In this document: in pieces, positions 1 through 12,760 of the stretch
Layout of the letters: every line of letters starts with the position of its first letter
How positions within the stretch are numbered: position 1 is the first letter of the stretch
NCBI GenBank assembly: GCA_028534125.1
Contig: CM052817.1
Coordinates: 89,158,001 to 89,222,000, forward strand
Source of the DNA: Lama glama
Taxonomy: Eukaryota
DNA: 64,000 nt
Direction of reading: 5' to 3'
The notes under the pieces: generated by a model
Database searches by the model: none
Seen by the model: only the letters and a program-made list of their open reading frames with translations
What the model was told of the DNA's origin: nothing
Position numbers and translations under genes: made by a program

Positions 1-104
1 GGAATACAACTAGAAAATAGCATGCATTATTAAATGATTCACATAGAAATCTCAGAAGATAATCCTTATATTAAAACTATACGATAATGAGTGATGCCAC
101 ACTC

Positions 105-182
105 ATCAAATCAGAGTAATGATGTTTCATAAAGTAAATAATTATCAAATCAGAGTAATGATGTTTCATAAAGTAAATAATT
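105..182. repeat. Perfect 39-bp tandem duplication
   Basis: ATCAAATCAGAGTAATGATGTTTCATAAAGTAAATAATT occurs at 105-143 and again at 144-182. Confidence 0.95.
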
Positions 183-1216
183 AGTGGATAAAGTGGTGAA
201 CAGATGAAAGACAGATATGGATTTGCTGACTAGATCTGGAACAGGTTGCTGAGTAAATGAGAAATGATCCAATGTCGAGGAAAAATATGAAGCAGCAACC
301 GATGTGTGATGACATCTGGAAGAGAGCAAAATGTGCTAAGTTAAGGAAGACTGACTTGGGGAGAGCTATTGTAGCCAACCAAGGCAAGCAAAAGCCTCCT
401 AGACAGAGATCTATTTAATAGTCAAGATGTTGTTCTCTAATCTAATCCAAAACTCACAGTCAGCACCAGTTAATTTTTAAATATTAAATTTCTTTTCCAT
501 GTTATCTAATCTTTTAACTATAGAATAGTTTCCCCTGGGATGGATGTCACAGGTCAATATCACAAAAAAATACCAAAATAAGTGAATTTTTTCCCATATA
601 AAACCTACTTTGACTAATCAATGCACTCACTCCATTTATAATTTTCAAAAGTTAAGTTTTAGAATAGACAAAGTGACTGGATTGATTATCTTCAAGAGTA
701 AGAAAGCAGGGCTATTAATTCCATGTATAATGTTCTAATTCATTCCTTTTGGTCTGTTATGCTTTATACTTATCATTATTAACATTTAAACAAAATACTC
801 TAAATACAAATTTTAATATAACAATATGTCATTTGTTATGACTTAACATTATTATTCATAATTATATTGTTAAAACACACACATATACACTTACATTAAT
901 GGTGAGTTAAAAAGCTGAAAAGTAAAATACTGCCCCAAAAGTAACTCACTGAAATAGATAAGAAAAGACCATGAAAGTAAGTGACTGCAGTGATTAGTAA
1001 ATATAATCACAGGTAAGAGTCAGGCTTGGATATGAGAGAAAATGTATGATTAAATGAGACCAAACTTTGGATAAGCCTGTCGACAACAGGCTTTTCTGAC
1101 TTCTTACTAAAATTCCAATCAATATCTCTCCTTTATTACACTTGCAGAAATTAGGGAATCTGCTCCCCTCTATATTTGGAATGAGGGAATGAGAAGGATT
1201 GAAAACTGCAGGACTT

Positions 1217-1836
1217 TGTCAAATAACAACTCTGTCCACACCCTTACACTAATACACTTGACCAAACTCTAGAACGGCTTCTAGCAGCAAAAGGCTGGGT
1301 CTCCAGGTTGACACTGCAGCACCCGCCACTACCCACCCACTGAAATACGTGCCTGAGAAAGCCCAACAGTGCCCAGAAATTTTATTATTTTACCATTTGT
1401 TCTAGCCAACTCTTATAATAAGCCCTGACCTCCCTTTCTTAGAGTATTCACTAAAAATGGCTTGCAGTTTTGAATATGTCTCTTGCAATGCAGAAGCATC
1501 TCTTTCAAGGTCCTGGGAACTAGTCCTTTTAAATGTAATGATTAAGAAGGCCTCCATCTCCCAGTCGCTGTGGGAGGATAGAATCCTGACTTGCTAACTA
1601 ACAGCCTGCAGACACAGCTGGCCTAATCACATTTATGCCGACAGATCTTTGTACTTTTTCTCCTCTCTAACTCTCCGGAGCCCCAAACTTCCTCTCCCTC
1701 ATTCCCCCTTTAAAGTTTGCAGTCACCTCTGCACAAGTGGGCACGGAGCTCAGCTTTTACCCTTCTTGTCAGCGGTTACTGAACAAAATCTGTCTTCACC
1801 ACTTTAAGGAATGCCTAGCTGTGTTTGTCACTGACA
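1217..1836 (+). mobile_element. ERV1 solo LTR, MER34/MER39-like
   Basis: TG...CA termini (TGTCAAA...CTGACA). Family-like blocks CTTGACCAAACTCTAG, CCCTGACCTCCCTTTCTTAGAG, AAATGTAATGATTAAGAAGG, CTCCCAGTCGCTGTGGGAGGATAG. Degenerate poly(A) region GAACAAAATCTGTC near the 3' end. Confidence 0.75.
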
Positions 1837-4767
1837 GTATCACAGGCAATGTATCAGCAGAGGAAGAAAAAAACAGAAAGGATAGACAGGTAGAAAGGAA
1901 GGAAGAAGGAGAAAGCACTTATGAATCAGATCTCGGCTTTATAATCTGCCAGATATCAAGGAAGTGTCCATGTCACTCACTGAATCTCAGATCTTCTCAC
2001 CATCTAACCAACCCTGGGGCCCACACCGGCCCTTGCTCTTTTAAGTTCCAAATTACAATTAACTGTGATGCTGCTGCTTTCCATTACCTTGACCAAGATC
2101 TCCTGACAGCCCACAGTGGTCATTCTTGCTGACTTCCTATTATGAGGTGGCAGAACTCCCTGTGTTAGAACAATAGGCCTCTTACTGATTTGGAAGTTGG
2201 AAATACTGGATTGGTAGTCATATGAGTTGTGAAAATTCATAATGTGTCAAAAAATGAGGGCATGACCATTTGTTCTAAAATTAAATTTGTTTTATGCCTT
2301 TGGGGGAAACTTACCTACACCTTCAAATCCCTAAAGAAGATAGAAATCATCAAATTTCCCAAAATAATAGTGAAATAATAGAAGTAATTTGGCTTAAATA
2401 TCTTTGAATTTCCATTTCACATTACATATAAGTTAAAATTTAGAAAATAGTAACATAAAATAGGTTTTTATTTTAATAAGTATTCCTATTACCTTCAACG
2501 TTAAACTAAAAGTGAAAAAGAAATCAAATGGAAGTATTTTCTCAATTTTTATAAGATATACTAAGTCACTCCTATAACAATGATCAATAGTAATGGCAGG
2601 GTAATTTTTGTTTCATGCCTTTCTACATATAATTGTTTAAGTTAGGCAACTGGATGCTACAAACATCAAAATCTACAGAAAGCATAAAATTTATTAACAT
2701 TTGAGGATTCATTTCTTCTTTGACTATTACACATTTCAAAGAAATATCATAAGAAAATTTATTTTCCAAAAAGGGAGATACAAAAATAAAAATCCAAATA
2801 TGGTTACCTAGAAAATATTAGATACTGACATAAAAGACAAATATTAATATGGAATGTATTTCTCAGTGCCAATTCCATTAGGAGAGCAATTGTTCCATTT
2901 CTAGACACTGTCAGTATTATGAATAGATAAGTATGTGCATAATGTTATTTCAAAAGCCCCCAAAGGACTCCTATTTACAATCCACAAAAAAGCACCATAA
3001 ATCCATTCACCCTATTCATCAATGGCTCAATGTTCTAAAAATAATTTTTGGATAGAATTCTGGGCTCATTAAATGTAGTTACTTTGGGTGATAGCAAAAA
3101 TTTAGACTGATCAGTTATTCATACCTTAATGTAAGTGAATTTATAAACTCTGCAAAGAACAGATTTGCATTTAGATACCATGAAGATTGAAAGTAATAAT
3201 AATCTTTATTTGTTTCAGGGGTCTTTCTCCTCCAATTTATGTGCTCTCCTTGGGTGAAACCTCTGGAAATTGTAAATGCTAATCTCACTGAAACCTGAGA
3301 TCTGGTAAAGGTAAGAGAGAGTGGATATCACTTTCATGGGAGATTTTGTATGTCACATCATAATTTTCTGTTAAAGTTGTAAGTTATGTTAACATCTTAG
3401 ACACACCTGCAAAGAAGAAAGGCGTGTATTTGAGAGGGGGAAAATGTCAGAGATATAATTTATCTTAACACTTATAAATGTTTGTCTTTCCATTCTGAAA
3501 AGCTATACAGCAACAACCAAAAAAAGAGGGGGAGAAGAAAGGAAGAAAGAGGAAAGAGAACAATTCATACCATGGAAAGAGAGGGAATGAAGAAATTTGA
3601 TTGATGTAATCAATTGTCTTCCAGAAATCTGATGGGGGAGTAGCATGAAGGATTGTTTTTCATGCCTGTCTTTTGTCCTTATCTCAACCCTCATCAAATA
3701 GCATTTCAGGAATGCAGTCTACTGCTTGGAGGCAGATTGTAGGGCATGTCATTATGATCCTGAAGTTCTTTGCCTGGAGAAGATTGCTGCTAATAAAGGT
3801 CTCTCATCACTCTAATTTAAAATGCTGAAATTCTTCCATAAAAGCCACACTGGTTTCAATATTTAACAGTGAAAATAAATATTAGTTTACTATTTTAACA
3901 TTAAGTGATGAAAATAGTGTTCTTTCACTGATTTATATTTTGAGCATTGCAAAATACACAATTTTTTGCATGATTTTGAAAAATGTGGCCACCAGCACAT
4001 AACTATTTAGTGCTTTAATTAGACATAGAGCAGGTATATAGTTATCTTGAAATCATATTTCTTGCACCTATCATAATGATCAGTTTTAGAATATTTTTGA
4101 ATCATAAACTCATTAATTTGAAATATTCAGTTTTTTAAATGTATCACTTCTTAGGAAAGGAGAATATACTATTTACTGTGTTATATCTATCTCTAATAAA
4201 GTATCCTGAAAATAATTTTCTATTTTAAAATTAATTGATTTGTGTCTGTTTTGTTTTGGGCTCTGGCAAGCATCAATAACATGTATGATCTGTTCTTTAA
4301 TGTGTTCTTTCCCTCCTTGTTTTTTCCAGTGTCAAACATTTAATAATGCATTTACTTACATGTTGATTGTTTATATCCTACCACAGGATGTAAGCTATAT
4401 GAGAGTAATATACGTTTCATTATAACATTCTCATCACTTGAGACGTTGACTATAACATTGACAGAGGTTGGCTAATACTGCAATTATTGTAGACTTTTAG
4501 AAATCAATGCACTCAGTAGTTTCTTTTAAGAAAAATTAACATTTCAGAGAGGATGTCAGCAGGAACAGTCTCATACACTAAATCGGAAGCCGAGGAAGTC
4601 TACGTGGGGGCCAGGAGGTGGTGTCAGGAAACCAGAGAAGCTTCAGCTAGTGAACGAACTGGACTCTGTGGCTTCCCGCTTGGTCAACTCACCCAGGCAG
4701 ACAGGATCTGCAAGGGGGACGGTCAAATGAAGATCAAAGGCTGAAACATCAACATGTAGGTCACCTC

Positions 4768-5213
4768 TAACAAAGATTTGCTCCTTGACCAAACCCTAGT
4801 CAGACTCCTCTGAGCCCACTTCTCAACTATGCTTTGGTCTTAGCCTCCACTCCGTCATTGGCCTGCCCAGCCCAGCGTCAGCAAGACTCCTGCTAAGTTA
4901 TTTAGGGGAGAACCTACACCTTTGATGTCTCATTACCCTTACTATCTGATCAAATTCCTTATCCCCACATTGGATGTACAAGACCTTGGTTAGGTTAAGT
5001 TGGTTTAGCAGGAATCCTCACTGTCTTTGCTGTTTAATTTTCCATCCCCTTGATTCCCCTCACTCTGCTCATTGGCTGTAAGTCACAGTTGTCTTTACTC
5101 TGAGTAGAACCTGATCGCTCTCCCCTTTTGTGAAGTCTGATATCTGTCACAGCTGTTCTGAATGAAGTCTTCTCCACTGTTTTAATGGTGTCAGAATAAT
5201 TTTTTCTTGAATA
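4768..5213 (+). mobile_element. ERV1 solo LTR, MER31-like
   Basis: Starts TAACAAAGATTTGCTCCTTGACCAAACCCTAGTCAGACTCCTCTGAGCCC. Contains ATCTGATCAAATTCCT, TTTAGCAGGAATCC and TGAATGAAGTCTTC, typical of the MER31 group. Confidence 0.75.
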
Positions 5214-8200
5214 TTGCTGGCCCTGAAAATATGGGCAGGAACCTGTCCATGGAAACCGAGACTGGGGAAATGATGACTTGAGGCACCAAGTGGACATGAA
5301 TGGAGAGGAGTTGAAAACCCAATTCACATTACTTGTGCACATGGGATTTGCACAAGGCTCATTACCTTCAGGCTCATCTCAAGATTGAGAAGTGCATACA
5401 ACATCTACATAAACTCAGAGTAAAGTCTGTCCAATGTTTAGAACCTTGGATGCTTGAGCTCATTTCTGGAGGAGAAATATACTCTAAGAAGCATTATCTC
5501 TCAAAATTAGGAAGAGACTTCACTTTTTCTTTCTTGGAGAGCATAAGGAAACTATTACCCCAAAAGCTTTGTATGAGATAGAAGCAGGCAAATGTGGTTG
5601 CTTTTGAGATGAAAAGGGTGTTCATTGAGTAACTAATAACTAACTTCTGAAATACTTAATACAATACATTATTGGCCAGTAAGTAGGTTGTATTTTATTG
5701 ATAGACATACAGAATATGTTTATTTAAATTATTTTTTACAAGTGAAATGATTTATCAATATACAATATACATGAAATCTTTTTTCCATTTAAAATAACTT
5801 ACTAGAAAATTTTTCCTGATATTATTCCTGTGATAGAAAATACTCCACCATGTCTGTATTTAACAAGTTGTTACTTATACTTTTCTCTAGAACTTATACT
5901 TTTTATGTAGTTTTATTATTTTTTAATTTTGTGAAAATTACCTACAATCTCTCTAAAGTTATACTTAATGAATAATAAATTTAATATTCTAGACCATTTT
6001 AATAAACCCCACTCTATACTTTATATTTTTACAGGAACTTCATCCACTCTCCAGCAGCTGAAGTCTCTGGTAAGCTTAGAGAAAATTCTGAAAATAAAAG
6101 ATATTCTCAATTTCTTTTTTATATTGAAATTTGCATATTTCTTACAAATTATTTTGATACATAAAATTGTTTTTGCCTCATTTCAGAGTAGCTTTCTTGG
6201 ACAAATAGTATTACAATAAAGTTTATCATGTAACATGCCTATGATTCTTTAGAATAACTTAACAAATTTTGTTTATAGAACCAAAACCTTTCTAAATCAT
6301 ATTTTATTCTACTCTGCAATAAAATATTAATCAATTAAATATAGAAACTTCATTAAAAAATCATTCTGGCAAGTTATTTACCATGGCAAATTTATAAAAT
6401 TCCAGAAAAAAAAAAACTGCAACACATATTTTTCTCTCAATTTATTTCTTCCTCCCTTGCACTTGCAGCTGTGTAGTTTAATATGCTCCTCTAGCATTGC
6501 TTTTAATAACTGCATATTAACACTGTTTTCAAAATTGAAATTTTTTTTGTTCCATTATTTGAATATTAAATTAAAGCTTTCCAAACAGTTTTGAATAAAA
6601 TAAAGCCAAAATTTATTGGAATTGCTTTCAAAATGTCAAATATAATAGTAGTAGGACTCTCATTTTGTTTTATTTATGTATTTATTTATTTATTTAGTTT
6701 ATCTGTTATAAAGATTCAGACCCTTCTAAATTAATGATTGGTCACAAAAACAGAAAGCATTTGACTATCGTGCTGAAATGTACATTTTACATTTGATGCT
6801 GTATTTCACACAAAAATTACAGTTCAGCTATTTTGTTTATATATTTTATATATACATTTTGATAATAATAGCTCTTATTACTAGTGGTACATGACTAATG
6901 CTTGTTTAGAAATATATTAATATGAGTTTTTTATACACCACAACCAATCCTAAGTATGTTTCTTCTCCATGTTTCTTTATTTTACCATAAGTATATTATT
7001 TATATTATAGTACAAAAAAAATTATTTTATCTTCTATCTAGAATATCTTAACTAAATTTGCAATCACATCTACAGTAGTTTCATGTTACATATTGATAGG
7101 ATGAAATTCCAAATATTTTACTTTGATTCTGTGAGGTAAGTGGATAACTCAAATCATGATTGAAACTAACTGATTTTCTATTTGAAGCATCTGATGACAC
7201 TGGCATAAACTGAACATCATTTGATATTTGCATCTTTTGTCTTCTCCTGAAGGAGCTGACATAATAAAGATAATGCTTCACTTTTAGTATTTGCATAAAA
7301 AATTTGGACTTGAAAATGAGTGACACTACTTTAGAGGGATAGTTTGACCTGAAATAAAAGTCATGTTTATAGAGTAATAAGTAAATGCACTTTCTGCAGC
7401 TGTATGTGTTAAATTGTCTTCGTTAGGCATAGGTTCTCTAAAATGAAGGTTACTTTCAAGTAGTGGTCAATGCCTCATCTAAGATTTTGTTCTGGTTTCT
7501 GAGTCAGTGATGAGACTTTGCTTTCTATTCATTTTGAAGATTACACATACATCATCAAACATTAATATTTCTAAGAAATGGAAAATCAGTACCTCTTAAA
7601 CATTTTTCTTTGAAGATTAGTATTTAAAAAAGAGTACATTGAAAAAATATTAATGTGTTATAAAGCAAAAGAAAATATAAAATGGTGAGATTTTACACCA
7701 ATATAATGTAAACCGTTGAGCACTCAAGCTATTCTCTATACTCTGATCAGCCTTGATTTCCTATGCATAATTGACAAATGATGTTAATATTGCACTATAT
7801 TTCCCACTGACACCACTGACTGAATCTTGCATGTTAAAGCCCTCGTCATGAACCATGGCACCCCTGGCTGTTTTATCAAATTGCAGGATGTAACAATCAT
7901 ATCTAATACTACTATGTCATAGCCAGAGATAATTGATTAACCCTACCCACACATGCCCCTTGTAATTCATTTTATCAGCTAGTGCCTTCCATGTTGTCCT
8001 TAAAAGAGAAGGGCTAGCTAATTCTGCCAAGAGTTGCGAAAAGAGAAGGCATATTGCTGGTAGTTATTCACATTTGGCTACGTATTAAAATGAGAACTTG
8101 GCATAATGCACAGTCATTTCATATGTTACCAGCTGAGACCATGGAAAACCTTGGATGGACAAAGCACCAATCCACCAAACTCATCCCCGATTATTGTAAT

Positions 8201-9545
8201 ATCAATTATTACGATAAAAAAGTTTAAAATGGTAACAAAAGCTAATCCACATAGATTGATATAACAAAATGTATAAACAAGGATTGTTCTAGGCAAAGCA
8301 GAATATGTGTTCAGCTAGTTGTGGAGAGCCTGACGAAGATCAGATGACTGAGACACAGAGCCAAAATGACTTCATGTCAAGCGGTGGAATATTGTCAACC
8401 ACCACCATAAAGTAAAAGACCAGGATGGAGTGATGGCAAATACATTTTCTTTCCCACATGCAAATATATTCAAGGGGAATAACAGGTCAGGACAATTTGC
8501 TGAGATACTGATGTGGTTCTTTTTCTCCTAGAGATTCCCTTTCCTCTCCCCTTTTCCAAGAAGTTAGCATGACTCATAATAACTCCATCCCTTGGTAATT
8601 TTAGCATATCTAAGATCAGAAGCTGTCTAAAGAAAACCATTCTAGGGACATTTTTGAAAGTTGATATTCTTTATAGAAATTGTATCAGGTGTCCCAGAGC
8701 ACTGCTGGAGAGATGGGCATGGCATTGAGGAATATATATGAGGAGAGGAATACTATTTAACATTGGAAAGAGGATAGAAAGTGCACATCTTATAGGCAAA
8801 GATTTCTTAGGCCACAAAAAGAAATAACCATACAATCAAAGCTTGACAAAATATACTTCATCAAAATAAAAAATAACTTCTGTTCATAAAAATACATCAT
8901 TAAGAAAGTAGGTACATCAATCTGGGGAAATACCAGCAAACCATATTTGGCAAAGTAGTATATTCAGAATTTATATAAACCCATAGAATTTAATAATAAA
9001 AATATTTTAATTATTTTTAAAAGTGGAAAAAACTTGAACAGACACTTCTCAAAAGAGGTTATGTGAATGGCCAATAACAATATGAAAAGATGTTTTATAT
9101 AGTTGGTCATCAGGGAAATGCAAATTGAAACCATATTGAGATACCACTAGATACCACCCATGTACCCACCAGAATCGCTGAAATTTTTTTAAAAGCCCTG
9201 ACAATACCAAATTTTGGTAAGAACGTGGCACACCTGGGACAGTCATACAATACTGGTAGAATATAAAGTGGTACTACCAATTTGAACACAGTATTTTTTA
9301 ATAAAGTGAAAGATTATCTATGCTTTAACCCAGAAACTTCACTTTGAAGTATTTTTTCCAAGAGGAATAAAAAATATTTATCCACAAAAACACTTGTATA
9401 AGAATGTCCATAGCTGCTTATTCACAGCTGTGAAAAGGAAAAAAAAAGACAGATGGCACTCAAAAGGAAAATGGATGCAATAAAATACTACTCAGCAATT
9501 AAAGGAACAAACTGTAACGACATGCAGAACATGATGGATACATGA

Positions 9546-9654
9546 TAGGGTGACCAACAGTCCCAGTTTACCTGGACTGAGGTGCTTCCTGGTATGTGGG
9601 ACTTGCAGTTCTAAAACCAGCACAGTCCCAGGAAAACCAGGATGGTTGTACCTG
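9546..9654. mobile_element. MER96-like hAT MITE nested in L1
   Basis: TAGGGTGACCAACAGTCCCAGTTT at the left end and AAACCAGGATGGTTGTACCTG at the right form a degenerate terminal inverted repeat around a ~110-bp palindromic body. Confidence 0.75.
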
Positions 9655-9686
9655 AAAAGACATGTTGATGTTAAAAGGCAGACACA

Positions 9687-10415
9687 AAAGGGAACACTTG
9701 TACACTGCTGATGGGAACATAAACTGATGTAGTCACTGTGGAAAAAAGTATGGAGATTCCACAAAAAAACTAAAAATCGAACTGCAACATCCAGCAATTC
9801 CATTCCTGAGTGTATAACTACAGACAACAAAAATACTAATTTCAAAAGATATATACACCCTAATGTTTATAGCAGAATTATTTACAATAGTCAAGATACA
9901 GAAGCAATATGTGTCCATCAACAGATAAATGGATAAAGATGTGATGTGTGTGTATGTGTGTGTATATATATATACAGTAGAATACTATTCAGTCATAAAA
10001 AGAATGAAATTTTGCAATCTGCAACAAAATGGATGGACCTGGAGAGTATTATGCTTAGTAAAGTCAGACAGAGAAAGACAAATACTGTGTGATACTGCTT
10101 ATATGCGGAATCCAAAAACTAAAACAAACTGTGAATGTAACAAAATAGAAAGAGACTCACAGATACAGTGAACTTACTAGTGGTTACCAGTGGGGAGAGG
10201 GAAGCTGGGAGGGGTAAGACATGGATAGGAGGTTAAGAAGTACAAACTACTAAATATAAAAAAAGTAAGCCACAGGGATATATTGTACAGTACAGGGAAA
10301 ATAGCCAATATTTTGTAATAACTGTAAATGAGGTCTAACCTTCAAAAGTTATGAATCACTATGTTGTACCTTTGAAATGTATTTAATATTATACATCAAC
10401 TATACCTCAATGAAA
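9687..10415 (+). mobile_element. Younger 5'-truncated L1 (artiodactyl/L1MA9-derived 3' end) nested in older L1
   Basis: AAAGGGAACACTTGTACACTG...AGTATGGAGATTCC...TACAGTAGAATACTATTCAGTCATAAAAAGAATGAAAT...ATCAACTATACCTCAAT. Contains a (TG)n(TA)n tract at ~9946-9975. Confidence 0.85.
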
Positions 10416-12114
10416 AGAATATATGCTGTACAATTTCATTTAATATAATTATAAAACTCCATTTACATGAAGTCCTAGAACAGTCAAAACTAACTTAACA
10501 TAAAAAAAAAAAAAGATCAGTAGTTGTCTTAGCAGGTTTGAGAGTATTGACAAGGAAGTAAAAGTAGAAACCTTTTGTGAGAGATGAAAATGGAAGTTTG
10601 GTGGAGTGGGTCAAGTGAATGAATTAATTTCTTAAAATTGTAGTACAGCTAAAAGTTCTGAATTTAAATATGTGCAAATTATATGTAACTAATCATCATT
10701 ATGCTCATCATCTCCAGCAAGTGGTGGTCAGGACTTGGAGCAGATATAGATAAAATAAGAATGGTGGAATATAGATAATTTTTGTATTGGCTTAAGGGTA
10801 TACAGATGTTAATTATACTTTCTGTGTACACTTACACATTTGAAATTTCCATACTAAAATGATTTTTTCAAAAAGAAAATAATAATATGAAACACTTATT
10901 TCACATCCTCAATTTTTGTTTGTAAATTCTCACCAGAAATAGATCTTTGCAAACTAAAGATAAGCTTGAATGTGGTACATTCCTTAACTGTACATGAGAA
11001 GAAGAAAACTTCCTAAGATTTCTGTGTCTAGATGATTAATTTTTCAGTGATAATTGAGATAGACGCCTGAAAAAAGTTATTCTGGTCAAATATATGAGTA
11101 ATATTCAGTAATAGCCAATACTGCAAAATATTCTCTGAAATACAATATTCTCTGAAATAAAAACTAAGTTTTCATTGCATAATTGATTCATCTGTCCAAA
11201 CTTTAAGAAGAGAGATACTTGTATATTTTGGCATATGTTAAATATTAAATAATTCCTGTAATAAAAATCAGATTCCCATTGAAAATAAAATTATATATAT
11301 ATACATATTTCATACAGTTGAAATATATATGAATATAATTATTATTTATTATATATTTCTATTTTTTATATATATATTAAAAAAACAGATTCTAAATGCC
11401 TTGCTGGAGTGGATTTTTTGTTTGGCTTCTGGCAATACATTAGAAGACTGAAATCATTGTAGAGCTTAGGATAAGTGGCAAACATACAAAATTGTGTTTT
11501 TCATGTTAAATAATATATTTCCTCTTACTTTATTATGGGATGTAGAAATGGTTGTACCTCATCCATTTTTTTTTTCTGTTTTCCTTTTCTTCTTCAATTT
11601 TCCACAGGATACACCTGTATTGAATACCTGTAAGGATGCGTTGGACACTGACTCATGGTAACCCATCAGGTTTCTCTCTGTTGCATTTATTGCCTCTGTA
11701 TTTTATATAAAATGAGAGAAAGTTTCCCTTTGAAGTGGTCGTATTCATTACACATATAGCCTAATCAATCCAGAAATGGCATTGTCCTATTGCTATGTTC
11801 AAGAAAACTGAAGTAATTAAAAATAAATTACATGTTTTAATTTGAATATCTCAAAAACACTAACCAGGACCTAAATGCACAGTTACAGCAAACACTTTCC
11901 TTTTCTACCCACTCCTCCCCTTCAGTTCACATCAGTTCAAGGGATTTATTATTATTACTCTCTGAAAAATAGAAAATAGAGGCTCCATGTAAGCATGATT
12001 GGTTTTCTTTATTCTTTATCCTCTTTCCTGATATCAGAACACTTTCCTAAGTAGGTTTACTTAACTATTTTCCTCCGAAGAAAGAATTCAATCTGGGAAA
12101 AATAGAGTTGTTCT

Positions 12115-12760
12115 TGTTATGGGCAGACCTCTAAGACGATCTCCAAAACAGTATTCCCCAGACCCCTCTATGTACACACACCTTTTCCCAATTATCCAGT
12201 TAAACAGTAATCTCAGTACCTCTGAGAAGGAATTCTGCCGGTACAATTAAGTTACCAAATCAACTGACTTAACAAGGGCGAGGTTATCCAGGTGGGCCTG
12301 ATCTAATCACATAAACTCTATAAATCTGGGTCTAGGTCCGAGACACGAGAACTCAGAGACGATGCGCCCTTTCTGGCTTGAATGTGAACTGGACCTTGTG
12401 GCAAGTGAGCCCGGGAGAATAGAGGACCTGGGAGCAGCCCTCCTGACAGTCAGTCAGAAAGGAAACAGTGCTTTCGGTCCTGCAACTGCAAAAAACTGAG
12501 TTTTGCCTGGAACTTAAATGCTTTGGAGTTTAACTTGGAAGCAGCCTTCTTCCAGAGCCCCGGGGTAAGAACTCGGCCTGACCAACCCTTGAGAGTCAGC
12601 TTTGCATTCGCCTGAGAAGATATCCCAGCCGTGTGGTACCGAACTTCTGATCTCCGGAAATGGTGAGGTAAGAATTTTTTGTGGTTTTAAGCTGTTAAAT
12701 TTGTGGTAATGTGTTACCAAGACATTTAAAAAAAAATGAAAAAAGAAAAAAAGAAATACA
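12115..12760 (+). mobile_element. MaLR solo LTR, MLT1E-like
   Basis: TGTTATGGGCAGACCTCTAAGA start, GGTTATCCAGGTGGGCCTGATCTAATCAC, TTTTAAGCTGTTAAATTTGTGGTAATGTGTTAC, and ...AATACA end. Near-perfect 5-bp TSD GTTCT (12110-12114) / CTTCT (12761-12765). Confidence 0.85.

Larger units (their letters stand above)
8790..10690 (+). mobile_element. Old L1 (L1MB/L1MC-type) ORF2 end and 3'UTR, interrupted by two later insertions
   Basis: L1 hallmarks GGCAAAGATTTCTTAG, AACTTGAACAGACACTTCTCAAAAGAG, GTCATCAGGGAAATGCAAATTGAAACC, TACTACTCAGCAATTAAAGGAAC. The element resumes at ~10413 (AAAAGAATATATGCTGTAC). Confidence 0.8.

Noticed and set aside
1073..1093. Hairpin AAGCCTGT-CGACA-ACAGGCTT followed by Ts, resembling an intrinsic terminator
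   Set aside because: Mammalian context with no upstream gene; an 8-bp stem is expected by chance in 64 kb.
1737..2132. 131-aa ORF
   Set aside because: It starts at GTG inside an LTR and runs through purine-rich and MIR-like sequence; no protein family resemblance.
6035..6069. Casein/SCPP-like phospho-exon (frame reading ELHPLSSS)
   Set aside because: That frame hits TGA, the length is not a multiple of three, and I see no signal-peptide exon or other SCPP exons.
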